Of a stretch of DNA of 64,000 nucleotides, positions 20,595 to 31,648 are shown one piece after another. Within the stretch, counting starts at the first letter, position 1. Every line of letters begins with the position of its first letter. The notes beneath the pieces were generated by a model that was not told the DNA's origin, searched no databases, and worked only from the letters and a program-made list of their open reading frames with translations. A program made the position numbers and the translations under genes. Source of the stretch: an uncultured Armatimonadia bacterium (GTDB lineage: Bacteria > Armatimonadota > Zipacnadia > CAVVLO01); assembly GCA_963749155.1 (NCBI GenBank), contig CAVVLO010000002.1:192001-256000 (forward strand). Reading direction: 5' to 3'.

Positions 20595-21617
20595 TCAGAT
20601 GATTTCTCGCGGCTCCAGCCAGGCCTCGAAGACTGCTTCGACGTTCTCGGCAGGGGTATCCATCCCCCACTCGCACTCGGCAATGACGCCGCCCTGACCC
20701 TTGTCAAGCGCGCGGCGCACACGATGCACCGCTTCCCTGGCTTGTTTCGGCGTGCCAAAGGGCAGCACCCACTGGCGGTCTATCTCTCCCCACCAGGTGA
20801 TCTTGCCCTGGTACAGTTCACCCAGCTTTTCGATGTCCATACAGAAGAGCTGTGAATTGAGAGCGTCTACGCCGACCTCGATAAGGTCTGGGTAGATGGC
20901 CTCAATGAAGCCATCCGAGTGGAAGAAGACCTTCTTCCCCGCGCCGCGGATAATCGAACAGTATTCCGCGTACATCGGCTTGAAGACCTGTCTCCACATC
21001 GCTGGCGAAATCAGCAAGGCGTTCTGCGAGCCCCAGTCATCCATAAAAGAAATGCCATCCACGTCGGTTGCGGCAAGCATCGCGAGGTCTCTGCACTCGA
21101 ACTCATGAAGTCGCTCGAGCAGCTTCAGTAGTCTTTCATCACCGTAGGCCAGCCCCATAAGCGTCTGTTCTGTCCCCAGCAAGAACTGAAGCCGCTCGAA
21201 GGGGCGAGTAAGGCTGCCTGCCAGGATGAAGAGGTCGCTCGCCGCGCAACTGGCGTTAGCCTGCGAGAAATCAGCCCCATCCAGCAACTCCCAGGGCAGT
21301 TCGTAGGAGGCAGCATCGTCCAGATTGGCGATCGCAGGTTCCTTGACTTCTCCAATAACACCTGGCTCTCCCACATGCCAGACGCTGCCGAATTCATCTA
21401 CGTATTCGCCAACTTCCGATGGGATACCACGCGCCCGCTTCGGGACGCCATAACGTAGCGCCGGCCCACCGATATCGCCTGGATACTTTTCGTTGAAACA
21501 CTGCCAGGCCTCGGTGTAGTATTTCGGCACGCCCGGAAGCGCCCACACCTGACGCGGCGCGCGGTCTACCGGTTCGTGGTTCAGAGTCTTGTAAACCCGT
21601 TCGCGAGAAGTCATCAT
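20595..21617 (-). CDS. Uroporphyrinogen decarboxylase / MtaA-CmuA-family protein
   Basis: MTSRERV...EPVDRAP, DEFGSVW, DDWGSQNALLISP, FFHSDG, WGEIDRQWVLPFGT. Confidence 0.85.
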   Translation of the reverse strand: MMTSRERVYKTLNHEPVDRAPRQVWALPGVPKYYTEAWQCFNEKYPGDIGGPALRYGVPKRARGIPSEVGEYVDEFGSVWHVGEPGVIGEVKEPAIANLDDAASYELPWELLDGADFSQANASCAASDLFILAGSLTRPFERLQFLLGTEQTLMGLAYGDERLLKLLERLHEFECRDLAMLAATDVDGISFMDDWGSQNALLISPAMWRQVFKPMYAEYCSIIRGAGKKVFFHSDGFIEAIYPDLIEVGVDALNSQLFCMDIEKLGELYQGKITWWGEIDRQWVLPFGTPKQAREAVHRVRRALDKGQGGVIAECEWGMDTPAENVEAVFEAWLEPREII

Positions 21618-24097
21618 CTATTCCTCCATCAGGTTGCACTCGGTCAGCTCACCATCATCGAGGCGGAAGCTCTTCAGCTCAAAGGCCCCGAGTGTTAGTG
21701 TCTGGTTCAAGCCTGCCACAGGCACAGCCAGCTCAGTCACACGCGGCTGACCGGTTGGGTTGAAGAGACGTACGATGTAGCCCTTCCCGTCCTCGGCCTG
21801 CTTTATAGAAGTGATCTGGACGGCCTTGTCCGACAGTGTCGCGAGCAGCGCGGGTGCCTCGCCAGCCCCGCTCGGGAAGAAGGAGATGACATAGGGCTTC
21901 TCAGAATGCGCCAGTGCCTCGCGGTCCACTACTTCAAGCCGTTCAGCAGCGGGTCCGGGCTTCAGCCAGAGGCGGAACTGACGCTCTCCCTGGTCCTGAT
22001 GCAGGCTGTACCTGTCACCTGGGATGGCAGACTCGAACTTGCCTTCCTTTTGATGGATTGGGTGCCCCGAGTAAGCTGGCGACCGCAGCAGCGTGATGCG
22101 CAATTCGCTACCCTCATAGCTGAAACCGTAAACGCCATCGTTTATGCAGGAGACAGCCTGCTGGCTCCCGGCGTCTGTCAGCGCGACCCACTTCTGAGCA
22201 ACGAGTTCCTTCCCCTCGAACTTGAACTCCTCCACCCCATACGCTACCTGCCCGAAGACCTGCGGCGCTTCGAAGGCGGTTGGCACGGCCAGCTTTAGCA
22301 GCTTCTCCTTCTCGTTCCAGTAGACCCGGGTCTGGACCTCTACCTCGACGCCTTGCTTGGGCAGCAGATAGCGCTGGATGATGAAAGAATCACCCCACGA
22401 GAGGACCGTCTCGACGATGGTGCGCACTGGCCCATCTTCAACAACACGTACAGTCGGCAACGGCTCTGGCAGAGCGCAGACACGCTGGCCGCCAACTTCG
22501 TCCATCAGCGAGAACTCGCCGACCATCTCCCGGTAGTCCATCACAGTCATTCCCCAGGAGTCCTCATTGTCCGCCAGCACCAGTGGCCTGAAAGCCGGCC
22601 CGTCGAGGTACTCGGTACCGTCGACAACGAGGCTCTCGAGGAAGCCTGTCTCACAACTGACGGAAGCGGTCAGGTCCTGGCCGCGGAAGACGAACTTACC
22701 GCCCTCGGGCACGAGCGTCAGTTTCGGCTTCTCAGGGAGCACTTCAAGCTTGCAGTCGAACCGGTTGACCTGTCCAGGTGCCAGCGTCGCCTCGAAGGCG
22801 ACGCGCTTGCGCCAGTCAATGGGCACGCTGGAGAGCTCTTTCTCGACCTGCGTTGGCACAGGCGTGGCGCCCTGGTAGACGTGGACATCGGTGAAGGTGC
22901 CCTCCCACCCCTGGTTCGCCAGGTTGAACTCGCACTCGAACACACCATGTACCGGATACGGATGCGGGTTGTAGGCCATAATTGGGATCTCGCCTTCAAC
23001 CGCTTTCGGCTGGCCTGCGCAAAGGAAGAAGAAAGCGCGCGCCTTGAGCCTGCTGCAGATCTCGAGTGCATGGTCCTGAAGCCTGATCGCCGCATCCTCG
23101 ACCGGCTGGATGGACGAGCCGGGCAAGATGTCGTGAAACTCAGAAAGCAGCAGGTCGCGCAGAGCCGACTGCAACTCGCTGGCGGGGTATTCGGTGAGGC
23201 CCGCCAGGGCGGCGTGGCTCATCAGCTTCTCGGTCACGTATAACTCGTCCTCGAGCTGCCTGTGCTTCTGCTTGATGCGTATCTGGCTGGTGTAACAGCC
23301 AACTGCCCAGGAGTTGAGGTCGCCCTCGTGCCGGGGGGCTCATAGCCGCTTGCCCGTAGTTCGGCGAAGAAGGCCTCAGGTGTGGATTGGGCGATCTCGA
23401 CCTCGGGCCGGTCCTTCACAAGCTGGCGCAGATCGTTCAGGTCGCCACGTGAAGCTCCGCCGCCATGGTCACCCACGCCCCAGAGCATAAGGCCAAGGTC
23501 GCCAAGCTCCCAGTTTTCAATTCGGTGTTCCGTCCACTTGCGCGCCTGGCCAAGCAGCGTGCCATAGAAAGGCTGGCGGCAGCCGGTAACAGTTGAACCA
23601 TCGTAGCCGACCCAGGTGTAGATATCCGCCGGCAGGGGGCAGTCGTGCTGGCCTGGCCGGCAGTGGATGTAGGAGTCATAGCCCGACTTGGCGAGAATCT
23701 GCACCAGCCCACGGGTATGACCGAAGGGATCGAAGTTGATGGCGGTAGTCGGCCTCTTGCCGAATTTCTCAGCGAAATAGCGCCTGCCAAGCAAGGCCTG
23801 GCGAAGAAAAGACTCTCCACTTGGCATATTACAGTCAGGCTGGACGTACCAGCCTCCCATTATGTGCCAACGACCTTCGGCAACAAGACGCTGGATTCGC
23901 TCGAATAGGGCCGGCTCGAATTCTTCCACCCAGCGGTACAGGATGACCTCGTTGTGGCAGAAGACAAACTCGGGGTATTCATCGAGCAAGTCAGCGGCGG
24001 TGCGGAAGGTCGAGATAGCCTCGGCGGCGCCTTCCTCCCACTCCCACAGCCAATAGGGATCGAGATGGGCATTGCAGACCAGATGCAGCTTCTTCAT
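21618..24097 (-). CDS. GH38 alpha-mannosidase, cytoplasmic; one frameshift at the G6 run 23333-23338
   Basis: HLVCNAHLDPYWLW, GGWYVQPDCNMPSGES, DPFGH (nucleophile), GVGDHGGG. After the shift: GCYTSQ..., FHDILPGSSI, TLLRSP. Confidence 0.9.
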
Positions 24098-24226
24098 AAA
24101 CAGCCACTCCAAAACTATGTTGTTGGGCTCTACAGCCGATTCCGGATTCTACAGAGGGAGAGAACCTACTGCAATGTTAGAGGGAGACAATTTTTACCGT
24201 CGAACCAGCGCTCGGAGGGATGTCTT

Positions 24227-27200
24227 ATGTTCGCAGGCAAGCACTCGCTGTGTAGTGTGTATATATTGGCAGTCGTCTTTCTTTCAGCCTGGCTGCTTAC
24301 GGAGGGATTTGCTGTGACAAGTGGTGATGGGTACATCCAGCGTCAGCAAGACACCTGGCGGCTGGGCACTGGCCAGGTGGAACTCATCCTGACTTTCGAG
24401 CAGGGCAGCCTGCTCGTTAGGGAGCTAACCAACAAGTCGGCAGGGACTTCGCTTATTCCAGCAGGACAGCCGCAACCTGACTTCAGCTTCGCACTGGGTG
24501 AAGTTGAGGCACGTGTGACCAGTGCAAGTGGCGACTGGCGCCTGGTAGGTGCCCAAGAAAGTGTCTTGTCACAAGGCGAGTTACAACTTGTGATTACCCT
24601 TGAACGCAGCCCGCTCCAAATCGTGAAGACCTGGATCGTCTTTCCGAACACTGGGCTTATCCGCCAGTGGATAACGGTCACCAACACAGGCGGCCAGCCT
24701 GTGCTGGTGCGCGACCCGAGTTTCTTGAAAGTGGGATGCAACATTGCAGCGCCAGACGCGCTGGACTTCTACTGGATGACAGGCGCCGAGAATTATGGCG
24801 GTTCCTGGGAGCTTCGAGAGGAGCAGTTAAAGGTCGGCGCCACGCGGAAGTTTGATTCTTTCGACCCGATGGACGCCAAGCCTACCAAGCCCCTTGGTGA
24901 CGGGGTCAACTGCTATGTGATGCAGAACGGCAAGCAGGTCTTCCCCGCTTCAGGTTATCTCTACACCGCCGATGGGATGGACAACCAGTCGTATGACTTC
25001 TGGGTGGACGTCCAGCAAGGCGACAAGCTGGCTTTCTCTGACTAATATGAACACCAATCTAGGTTACGACACGACCTATTTCGACCCGACACTGACCTAC
25101 GAAGACGGCGAGACCCACAGGGCTTCTGCAGAGTTTTCGGATCAGCAGGGCGCTGGCGGTTGGAATTACCAATACCTCGAAAAGGGCCAGTGGGTAGATT
25201 TGGTCTACTACCCTCAGCCCAAACAATGGCGGAAGGCGATCGACAATCCTACCGGCACGCCCTTTGTGGGCGTCAGCGACCAGCACCCCGATGGCGGTCA
25301 GGATGCCGCGCGCGTCTGGACCGCTCCGAAATCTGGACGCGTCCACATCCTGGGCCATGTCTGCAACACGGGTAACTGGGCAGGAGCTGACCCCAACTAT
25401 CACTTCAGGATGGGCACTGCAAGCTACGCGCCCTGGTATGCACTTACCAATGGGAAGTCTGGGCTTGTCATCGGCTGGGACTACTTTGGCCACTGGACTT
25501 CTGGCTTTGATCTGGCGCCAGATGGCCTGGTAACCTCCGAGTTGCGCGTGGCTGAATACAACAAGACACTTGCCCCTGGCGAGAGCTTGACCACTCCGAT
25601 GGCCTTCTGCTGTGTCTACACAGGTGACCTCGATGAGGCGGGCAACGCCCTCCTGGACTGGCAGTATGGCTATCTGTGGGACTATGCGAGGCCCGAGTGG
25701 TTCCCCGCCATCAGGATGCTTGGTTACTGGATGAAGGGCACTCACTGGAACCTGGGCTGGCTGGGTGGCCAGCCCGAGTGGGACAGTTGTATGAACAAGG
25801 TCTTTCGCACTGCCGACTTTATGCGCTATGTTGGCGGTGATGTCTATCATCGCGACTGGGGCTGGTGGGACAAAGCCGGCGACTGGAACGGCCCCGACTG
25901 GCGCACCGCCAACGAGTATCTGGCCGAAAACGATATGGGCCTGCTGATCTACGCCTTCCTCTACACCGTCGAGCACGACTCGAAAGTCGCCCAAGAGCAT
26001 CCTGAGTGGCTGTGTGATGACGGCGCGACGCTCGATATGAGCCTGCCTGAGGTCGTCGAGTTTATGAAGGGTCAGCTAGATGACTTCTACGCCAAGTGGG
26101 GGGCCTTCGAGTGGCGCAACGACAGCGGGCCAATGTCGAGGCGCGGCAAAGATGACACTGTGTTGCTCAGGCAAGATGCAGGTTTGCGCAAGGTTATACA
26201 AGATTTCCTCGACAAGCATCCCGATTGTGGCTTCCAGGGTGTGAATGGCGGGGGCAACCTGGCCGGCTACGACTATATACGTCTAGGAGCTGGTTTCCAG
26301 TTCTCGGACGGAGCCGTTGGCATCCTTGGTAACTACTGGGCTTCGCAGCTGCTGCCCCCGGACAAAATCAATAATATGCCTGACATCTGGGATCCTGCCA
26401 GGTATGAAAACGCCACCTGGCGCGGCCTGCTCGCTAACAACTTTGATCTGACAGGCGACACCTGGGATCCCGCCAAGCTCGAAGGCTTGCGCCTGGTCTG
26501 CGATATCTACCACTATCTGCAGACCCAAGGGCTAGTGGGACGCTGGGTGAAAGTCTATCGTCCCCGGGTTGAGGGCGATGACGAGACGATGTATTTCCAG
26601 CGGCTGTCCCAGGATCGCCAGCGCGGGATCCTCATCACCAAGCATCTGGTAGAAGGGCCTATCACCCTCTGGCCCAAGGGGCTGCTTGCTGATCGTCCCT
26701 ATTTCGTCTCCTACCAGGATGGCTCTGGCCCTGAGGAGACTCGCACTGGCGCTGACCTGATGGCCAAGGGATTGTATCTGGCGAAGGTCGCGCCAGGAGA
26801 GCTCATCTACCTCAATGTGCCACTCCACCCAGGCAGCAAACTCGATACAACTGCGCCCAGCGCCCCCCTCGAGTTGCTCAAGGCGCGCGCTGAGTATCTC
26901 GGCTACCCCGGCATCGAGCTCAACTGGGAAGCTGCCTCAGATGATAACTGGCTCTCCTATTATGAGGTCTGGCGAGATGGAGAGCTCATCGACAAGGTCT
27001 CGAAGGGCACCTTCTACTTTGACCATTCGGCAGGCGCTGAACTGGCTGCCGTCTACTCGGTGCGCACAGTTGATGGCGCAGGCAACACTTCTGAGCTTGT
27101 TCAAGCGACCGGTCCCTCTGCAGCACGCTGCCATATCGTAGATGACGCTGCCACGCGCGCCCTGACTTACACCGGTAGCTGGACCAGAGAGCTGAACCTT

Positions 27201-27512
27201 CAGCCTGCATACAAGGGAACCGTCAGTTGGGCCGACGCAGCCGGGGCGAGTGTTGAGTGGACTTTCGAAGGCAGTCGCATCATCTGGATTACCAAACTCG
27301 GCGCCGACTGCGGGCTGGCCGAGGTCAGCCTGGATGGAGGCGCACCTGAGCAGGTCAACACCTATACGGCCGATGATGTGTGGGGAATCGGGCTCTGGCA
27401 GAAGGAGCTTGCGCCAGGGCGCCACACAATTCGAGTAGAAATATTGGGAGAGCGCGAGGCTCGCTCCAAGCATACTCGGGTGTATCTGGATGGATTCCGG
27501 GCCGAACCATAA
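24227..27512 (+). CDS. Secreted GH36-like (clan GH-D) glycosidase with an inserted beta-sandwich module, FN3 and a C-terminal CBM-like domain; frameshift near 25040
   Basis: GGAGG RBS and signal peptide; DWGWWDKAGDW, HPEW, LDMSLPEV, WRND, GVNGGG; FN3 DTTAPSAP...WEAASDD...YSVRTVDGAGNTS; C-terminal VYLDGF. Confidence 0.75.
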
Positions 27513-28628
27513 CTAGAGACGTTTCCGAAAAGTAAGGGCGCCTGCCCCAACGAGCAGCAACCCCAGCCCAAGCATCGCCAGGAGCTGGGGCCAGAGTTCG
27601 ACGAGGCCGGCGCCCCTCAGCATAATTGACCTGAGGCACACAAGGAAATACCGCATTGGCACTGCATAGGTAAGCGTCTGTAGCCACTGGGGCATATTGG
27701 CAATCGGGAAGATGAATCCACTTAGCAGTATGTTTGGGAACATAATCAGAAACATCAGCATCTGGGCTTGCTGCTGAGTAGTCGAAAGAGTCGATACAAG
27801 CAGACCCATCCCAGAGGCTGTCATCAGATAGAGCAAACAAGAGAACAGAAACAACACCAGGCTGCCCGAATGGGGCACTTGGAACCAGAAGAGCAATACT
27901 GACAGCACCAGCAACGCATCTACCGAGCCAACCACCATATACGGAACAAGCTTTCCAAGTAATAACTCTCGGGCCCGGATTGGCGTCACCATTACCTGTT
28001 CGAGGGTGCCTGCCTCACGCTCCTTCACGATGGCAAGCGCGGTCAGCGTGCCACTGATGATCATCAGTACCATCCCCATAACTCCAAGCACCATAAAGAA
28101 ACGGCTTTCCAGGGCCGGATTGTAGAATATCCGGGGCTCGGTCTGGATGGTAGGCACGCGTGAATACATACCACTCGCCTTCAAGCGTTCTATCAGGTAT
28201 AGTTGGCCATGCTGAACCACCAGCCCAGCCAGGTAGCCTGCTCCCACTCCGGCACTATTGGAATCACTGCCATCCACAATCAGTTGCAGTGGGGCTGCCC
28301 CCTTGCGCAGTGCGTCTGAAAATCCAGGGGGGATGTGCAGGGCGAGCTGGGCCTTTCCAAGGTCCAGGAGTTGCTGCAGGTCTTCGGTCCTTTGGGTCTC
28401 CTCCACCAACCGGAAATAGCCTGTCTGCTCAATTTCTGCGACCAGGCGCCTGGACTCACTCGAACGGTCCTGATCACAGACAGCAACTGGAAGCTGTTGC
28501 ACATCCAGGTTGGCCGCATAGCCTAGCAACAAAAGCTGCAGAACCGGCGCAACCAAAGCCATTACGACCATACGTCGGTCGCGGCGGAACTGCCGGAACT
28601 CTTTGGCTAGCAAGGCAAGCAGGCGCAT
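27513..28628 (-). CDS. ABC-2 efflux permease (YbhR-like)
   Basis: KEFRQFRRD, YNPALESRFF, IVKEREAGTLEQ, LSGFIFPIANMP. Confidence 0.92.
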   Translation of the reverse strand: MRLLALLAKEFRQFRRDRRMVVMALVAPVLQLLLLGYAANLDVQQLPVAVCDQDRSSESRRLVAEIEQTGYFRLVEETQRTEDLQQLLDLGKAQLALHIPPGFSDALRKGAAPLQLIVDGSDSNSAGVGAGYLAGLVVQHGQLYLIERLKASGMYSRVPTIQTEPRIFYNPALESRFFMVLGVMGMVLMIISGTLTALAIVKEREAGTLEQVMVTPIRARELLLGKLVPYMVVGSVDALLVLSVLLFWFQVPHSGSLVLFLFSCLLYLMTASGMGLLVSTLSTTQQQAQMLMFLIMFPNILLSGFIFPIANMPQWLQTLTYAVPMRYFLVCLRSIMLRGAGLVELWPQLLAMLGLGLLLVGAGALTFRKRL

Positions 28629-28639
28629 TATGTCTCTCT

Positions 28640-29776
28640 TTAGAGCTGTTTCTTGAAACGACGCATACTAAGCAAGATGAGTACCAGGGCAATCAGGCTC
28701 AGCTTGATCAGAGAAGGCCAGAAAGCCCAGAGCCCAACCCCCTTAAGGTAGATTACTCGAGCCACAATCAGGAAGTGAGTCGCGGGCATCACCTCGGCAA
28801 TTGCCTGCAAGATGGGCGGCATATTGCGCAAGGGAAAGACGAAACCTGAGAGCAAATTGCTTGGAAGCAAAGTCACTGTAATTGCGCCAATCATTGCAAA
28901 TTGCTGGGTACTGGCCACGGAAGAGGCAAGCAGCCCGATTGCCAGGGCACAAAGCAGGAAAAGTGTCGCGCAGGACACGAAAAGCAAAGCGCTGCCTGCC
29001 ACATACACATCGAAGACCAGCGCGCCAAGCACCATTGTCAGCAGGATATTGAGTAGTCCGAGCAAGAGATAAGGCAAGGCCTTACCAAGCAGGATCTCCA
29101 GAGCTTTAACTGGAGAGGCAGCCAGCAACTCGAAACTGCCGTTTTCCTTCTCGCGAACAATGGTGCCTGAAGTGAGCAAAGCGCCAAGGATGACCAGGAT
29201 GATAACAATCAACCCAGGCACTATAAACTGGCGACTTTCGAGGGCTGGATTGTAAAGCACCTTCCGACTCAACTGGATTGGTGACTGGATTCGGCTTGAA
29301 GGCACCCCTTGGCGCCTGGCGTGTTGACTCACAAGCTGCTGGGTCCAGGTCGCCAGGAAGCCTTCGAGATAATTCATCGCGACACTGGCTGTGTTGGAAT
29401 CCGTACCATCGACCAATACTTGTACCTTGCCAACCTGGCCGGCTTCCAGATCCGCTTCAAAGCCAGGTGGAATTACAAGCGCTGCCAACGCTTTCGTCTC
29501 GAGGAAGAATTGCTCAGCCTGGGTGGGATTCGCTGGAGCAGCCTCTAGTTCGAAAAGATCAGTATTTTCGAGATTGCTCATCAAAGCTCTGCTGGTCTTT
29601 GACTGGTCGAAATCGCAAAGCACAAAGGGCAACTCGCGCAAATCCAGGTTGAAGCCTGACCCAACCACAAAGAGCAATATCAGGGGCAATAGGATAGCTA
29701 CCCCAAGACTCCTGGGATCTCTTTGGATATGGAGCCATTCCTTGCGCGCGATGGCCAGTAGTCTACGCAGGTTCAT
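28640..29776 (-). CDS. ABC-2 efflux permease (YbhS-like)
   Basis: RKEWLHIQRD, YNPALESRQFIVPGL, VREKENGSFE, LSGFVFPLRNMP. Confidence 0.92.
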   Translation of the reverse strand: MNLRRLLAIARKEWLHIQRDPRSLGVAILLPLILLFVVGSGFNLDLRELPFVLCDFDQSKTSRALMSNLENTDLFELEAAPANPTQAEQFFLETKALAALVIPPGFEADLEAGQVGKVQVLVDGTDSNTASVAMNYLEGFLATWTQQLVSQHARRQGVPSSRIQSPIQLSRKVLYNPALESRQFIVPGLIVIILVILGALLTSGTIVREKENGSFELLAASPVKALEILLGKALPYLLLGLLNILLTMVLGALVFDVYVAGSALLFVSCATLFLLCALAIGLLASSVASTQQFAMIGAITVTLLPSNLLSGFVFPLRNMPPILQAIAEVMPATHFLIVARVIYLKGVGLWAFWPSLIKLSLIALVLILLSMRRFKKQL

Positions 29777-30717
29777 CGGACGCCCTCCGAGACCGCGTCT
29801 CCTGTGAGATACAGGAAGGCATGCTCCATACTGCGTCTGACAGGACGTAATGATTCGGGAAGATATCCCCTCTGTCCAAGCAGCTCTCGCAACCTGGTTT
29901 CTGGGTTGGTAACCGCATCGCTTAACACAACGTGCAGAGAAGAACCAAACAGGCTGGCATCAAGGATCTCCGGAAGTCCTAGTAGTGCTCTCTGGGCCTC
30001 CAGGGCGTCTGGCAGTTTTACTTCGAAGAGTTTGCCTGGCACCAGAGCGCGCAACTCGGCAGGAGTGCCCTCGGTCACCTTTCTACTCTGGTATATCAAC
30101 AGCAACCGATTGCAGTATTCTGCTTCTTCCATTACGTGTGTTGTAATGAGGGTCGTTACGCCTTCACCGGCAAGCTCGGAGATGAGATCAAAAAATAGCC
30201 GGCGGACAAGAGGATCGACCCCGCTGGTAGGCTCGTCAAGGAAGAGGATGCGGGGTTTATGGATTAGCGCACAAGCGAGTGCCAGCCGCTGCCGCACTCC
30301 AGTGGACAAGGTCCGGGTAAGCCGCTCTTCAAACTCTCCAAGTGCAAGCCGCTCGAATAAAGCCTTCGACCGTTCGGAAAGCTGACTTTTGGAGACCGAG
30401 TATACGCCAGCGTAAAACTCCAGGTTTTCCTGTACTGTAAGATCGCCATACAGCGAAAAGAGCTGCGACATATAACCAATGCGTCGCTTCACTTCTTCCG
30501 GCTTTCGCTTGACGCTGAAGCCATCGATACAGGCGTCTCCCCTGGTTGGACGCAGCAGGCCACATAGCATCCTGATAGTAGTGGATTTACCCGATCCATT
30601 GGGGCCAAGGAAGCCATATACCTCTCCAGGCTGGATATCGAAAGACAAGTCCTCAACGGCTACAAAGTCGCCGAAGTGCTTCTCCAATCCCTGGGCGCTG
30701 ACAGCAGGTTCAGCCAA
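29773..30717 (-). CDS. ABC transporter ATP-binding protein (YbhF-like half)
   Basis: GPNGSGKST, LSTG signature, LFLDEPTSGVDP. TTG start at 30717 behind GGAGGAGG. Confidence 0.92.
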   Translation of the reverse strand: MAEPAVSAQGLEKHFGDFVAVEDLSFDIQPGEVYGFLGPNGSGKSTTIRMLCGLLRPTRGDACIDGFSVKRKPEEVKRRIGYMSQLFSLYGDLTVQENLEFYAGVYSVSKSQLSERSKALFERLALGEFEERLTRTLSTGVRQRLALACALIHKPRILFLDEPTSGVDPLVRRLFFDLISELAGEGVTTLITTHVMEEAEYCNRLLLIYQSRKVTEGTPAELRALVPGKLFEVKLPDALEAQRALLGLPEILDASLFGSSLHVVLSDAVTNPETRLRELLGQRGYLPESLRPVRRSMEHAFLYLTGDAVSEGVR

Positions 30718-31648
30718 GGTCAACCTCCTCCCTGGCAAGCGCAGCGGCAAAGGCATCTTCAAGCCCCGGTTCTATCTGTTCAGCCTGGGTTACTTCAAGG
30801 TGTGCCTGGTTCAGAGCCGCCACCAGAGCACTTGTTTCGACACCTGACCTGGTTGCTATATGCAGCGAATCCCCAAACACAATCACCGACTGCACATACT
30901 CCAGAGCCTTGAGCACACCCCGAGCTGAGCGCTGAGGCTGCACGGTTATAGAAAACAGATTGCCTTCGACAGCCACTTTCAACTCGGCAGGTGTGCCGTC
31001 AGCAAGCAGTTTGCCTCGATTCAGCAGCACTAATCGATCGCAGCGTTCAGCCTCATCCATATAGGGAGTGCTAACGAGCACGGTGACTCCCTGGGCTGGT
31101 AGATCGTGAATCAGTTCCCAGAAATCCCTGCGCGAAGCAGGATCAACCCCAGTTGTTGGTTCATCCAATAATAAAACTTCGGGGGTATGGATAAGAGCGC
31201 ACATCAATCCGAGCTTCTGTTTCATTCCTCCACTGAGCTTGCCAGCCAGGCGCTCTGTAAAAGGGGCAAGCCTGGTGATTGCAAGCAGTCGGTCTGCTCT
31301 TTCGCGGTATTCGCGCTTCCTGACACCAAAGAGCTCTGCGGTAAAACGCAGGTTCTCGGCCACGGAGAGATCAAGATAGAGAGCAAAACGTTGGGGAAGA
31401 TACCCAAGGTGGGGCTTGGCACTCTCCGGATTATGCACTACATCCCTTCCAGCGATGGAAATCTGGCCCTCATCCGGACTCATTACTCCTGAAAGCAAGC
31501 GCATAAGAGTGCTCTTGCCAGCCCCGTCCGGGCCTAGAAGCCCGAGGACCTCACCGCGCCTGGCCTTGAAGCTGACACCATCAAGTGCCGTCACCAGGCC
31601 AAATCGCTTTACAGCGCCTGTAACCTCAATTGTCAGCGCCTCGTTCAC
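30710..31648 (-). CDS. ABC transporter ATP-binding protein (YbhF-like half)
   Basis: GPDGAGKST, LSGGMKQKL, LLLDEPTTGVDP. Confidence 0.93.
   Translation of the reverse strand: MNEALTIEVTGAVKRFGLVTALDGVSFKARRGEVLGLLGPDGAGKSTLMRLLSGVMSPDEGQISIAGRDVVHNPESAKPHLGYLPQRFALYLDLSVAENLRFTAELFGVRKREYRERADRLLAITRLAPFTERLAGKLSGGMKQKLGLMCALIHTPEVLLLDEPTTGVDPASRRDFWELIHDLPAQGVTVLVSTPYMDEAERCDRLVLLNRGKLLADGTPAELKVAVEGNLFSITVQPQRSARGVLKALEYVQSVIVFGDSLHIATRSGVETSALVAALNQAHLEVTQAEQIEPGLEDAFAAALAREEVDLG

Noticed and set aside
20595..21617. Calling the URO-D-family genes hemE
   Set aside because: They lack the HemE RQAGR motif and any tetrapyrrole gene context.
22353..23243. 296-aa plus-strand ORF
   Set aside because: Antisense shadow of the GH38 alpha-mannosidase.
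25059..26000. 313-aa minus-strand ORF
   Set aside because: Antisense shadow of the GH36-like gene.
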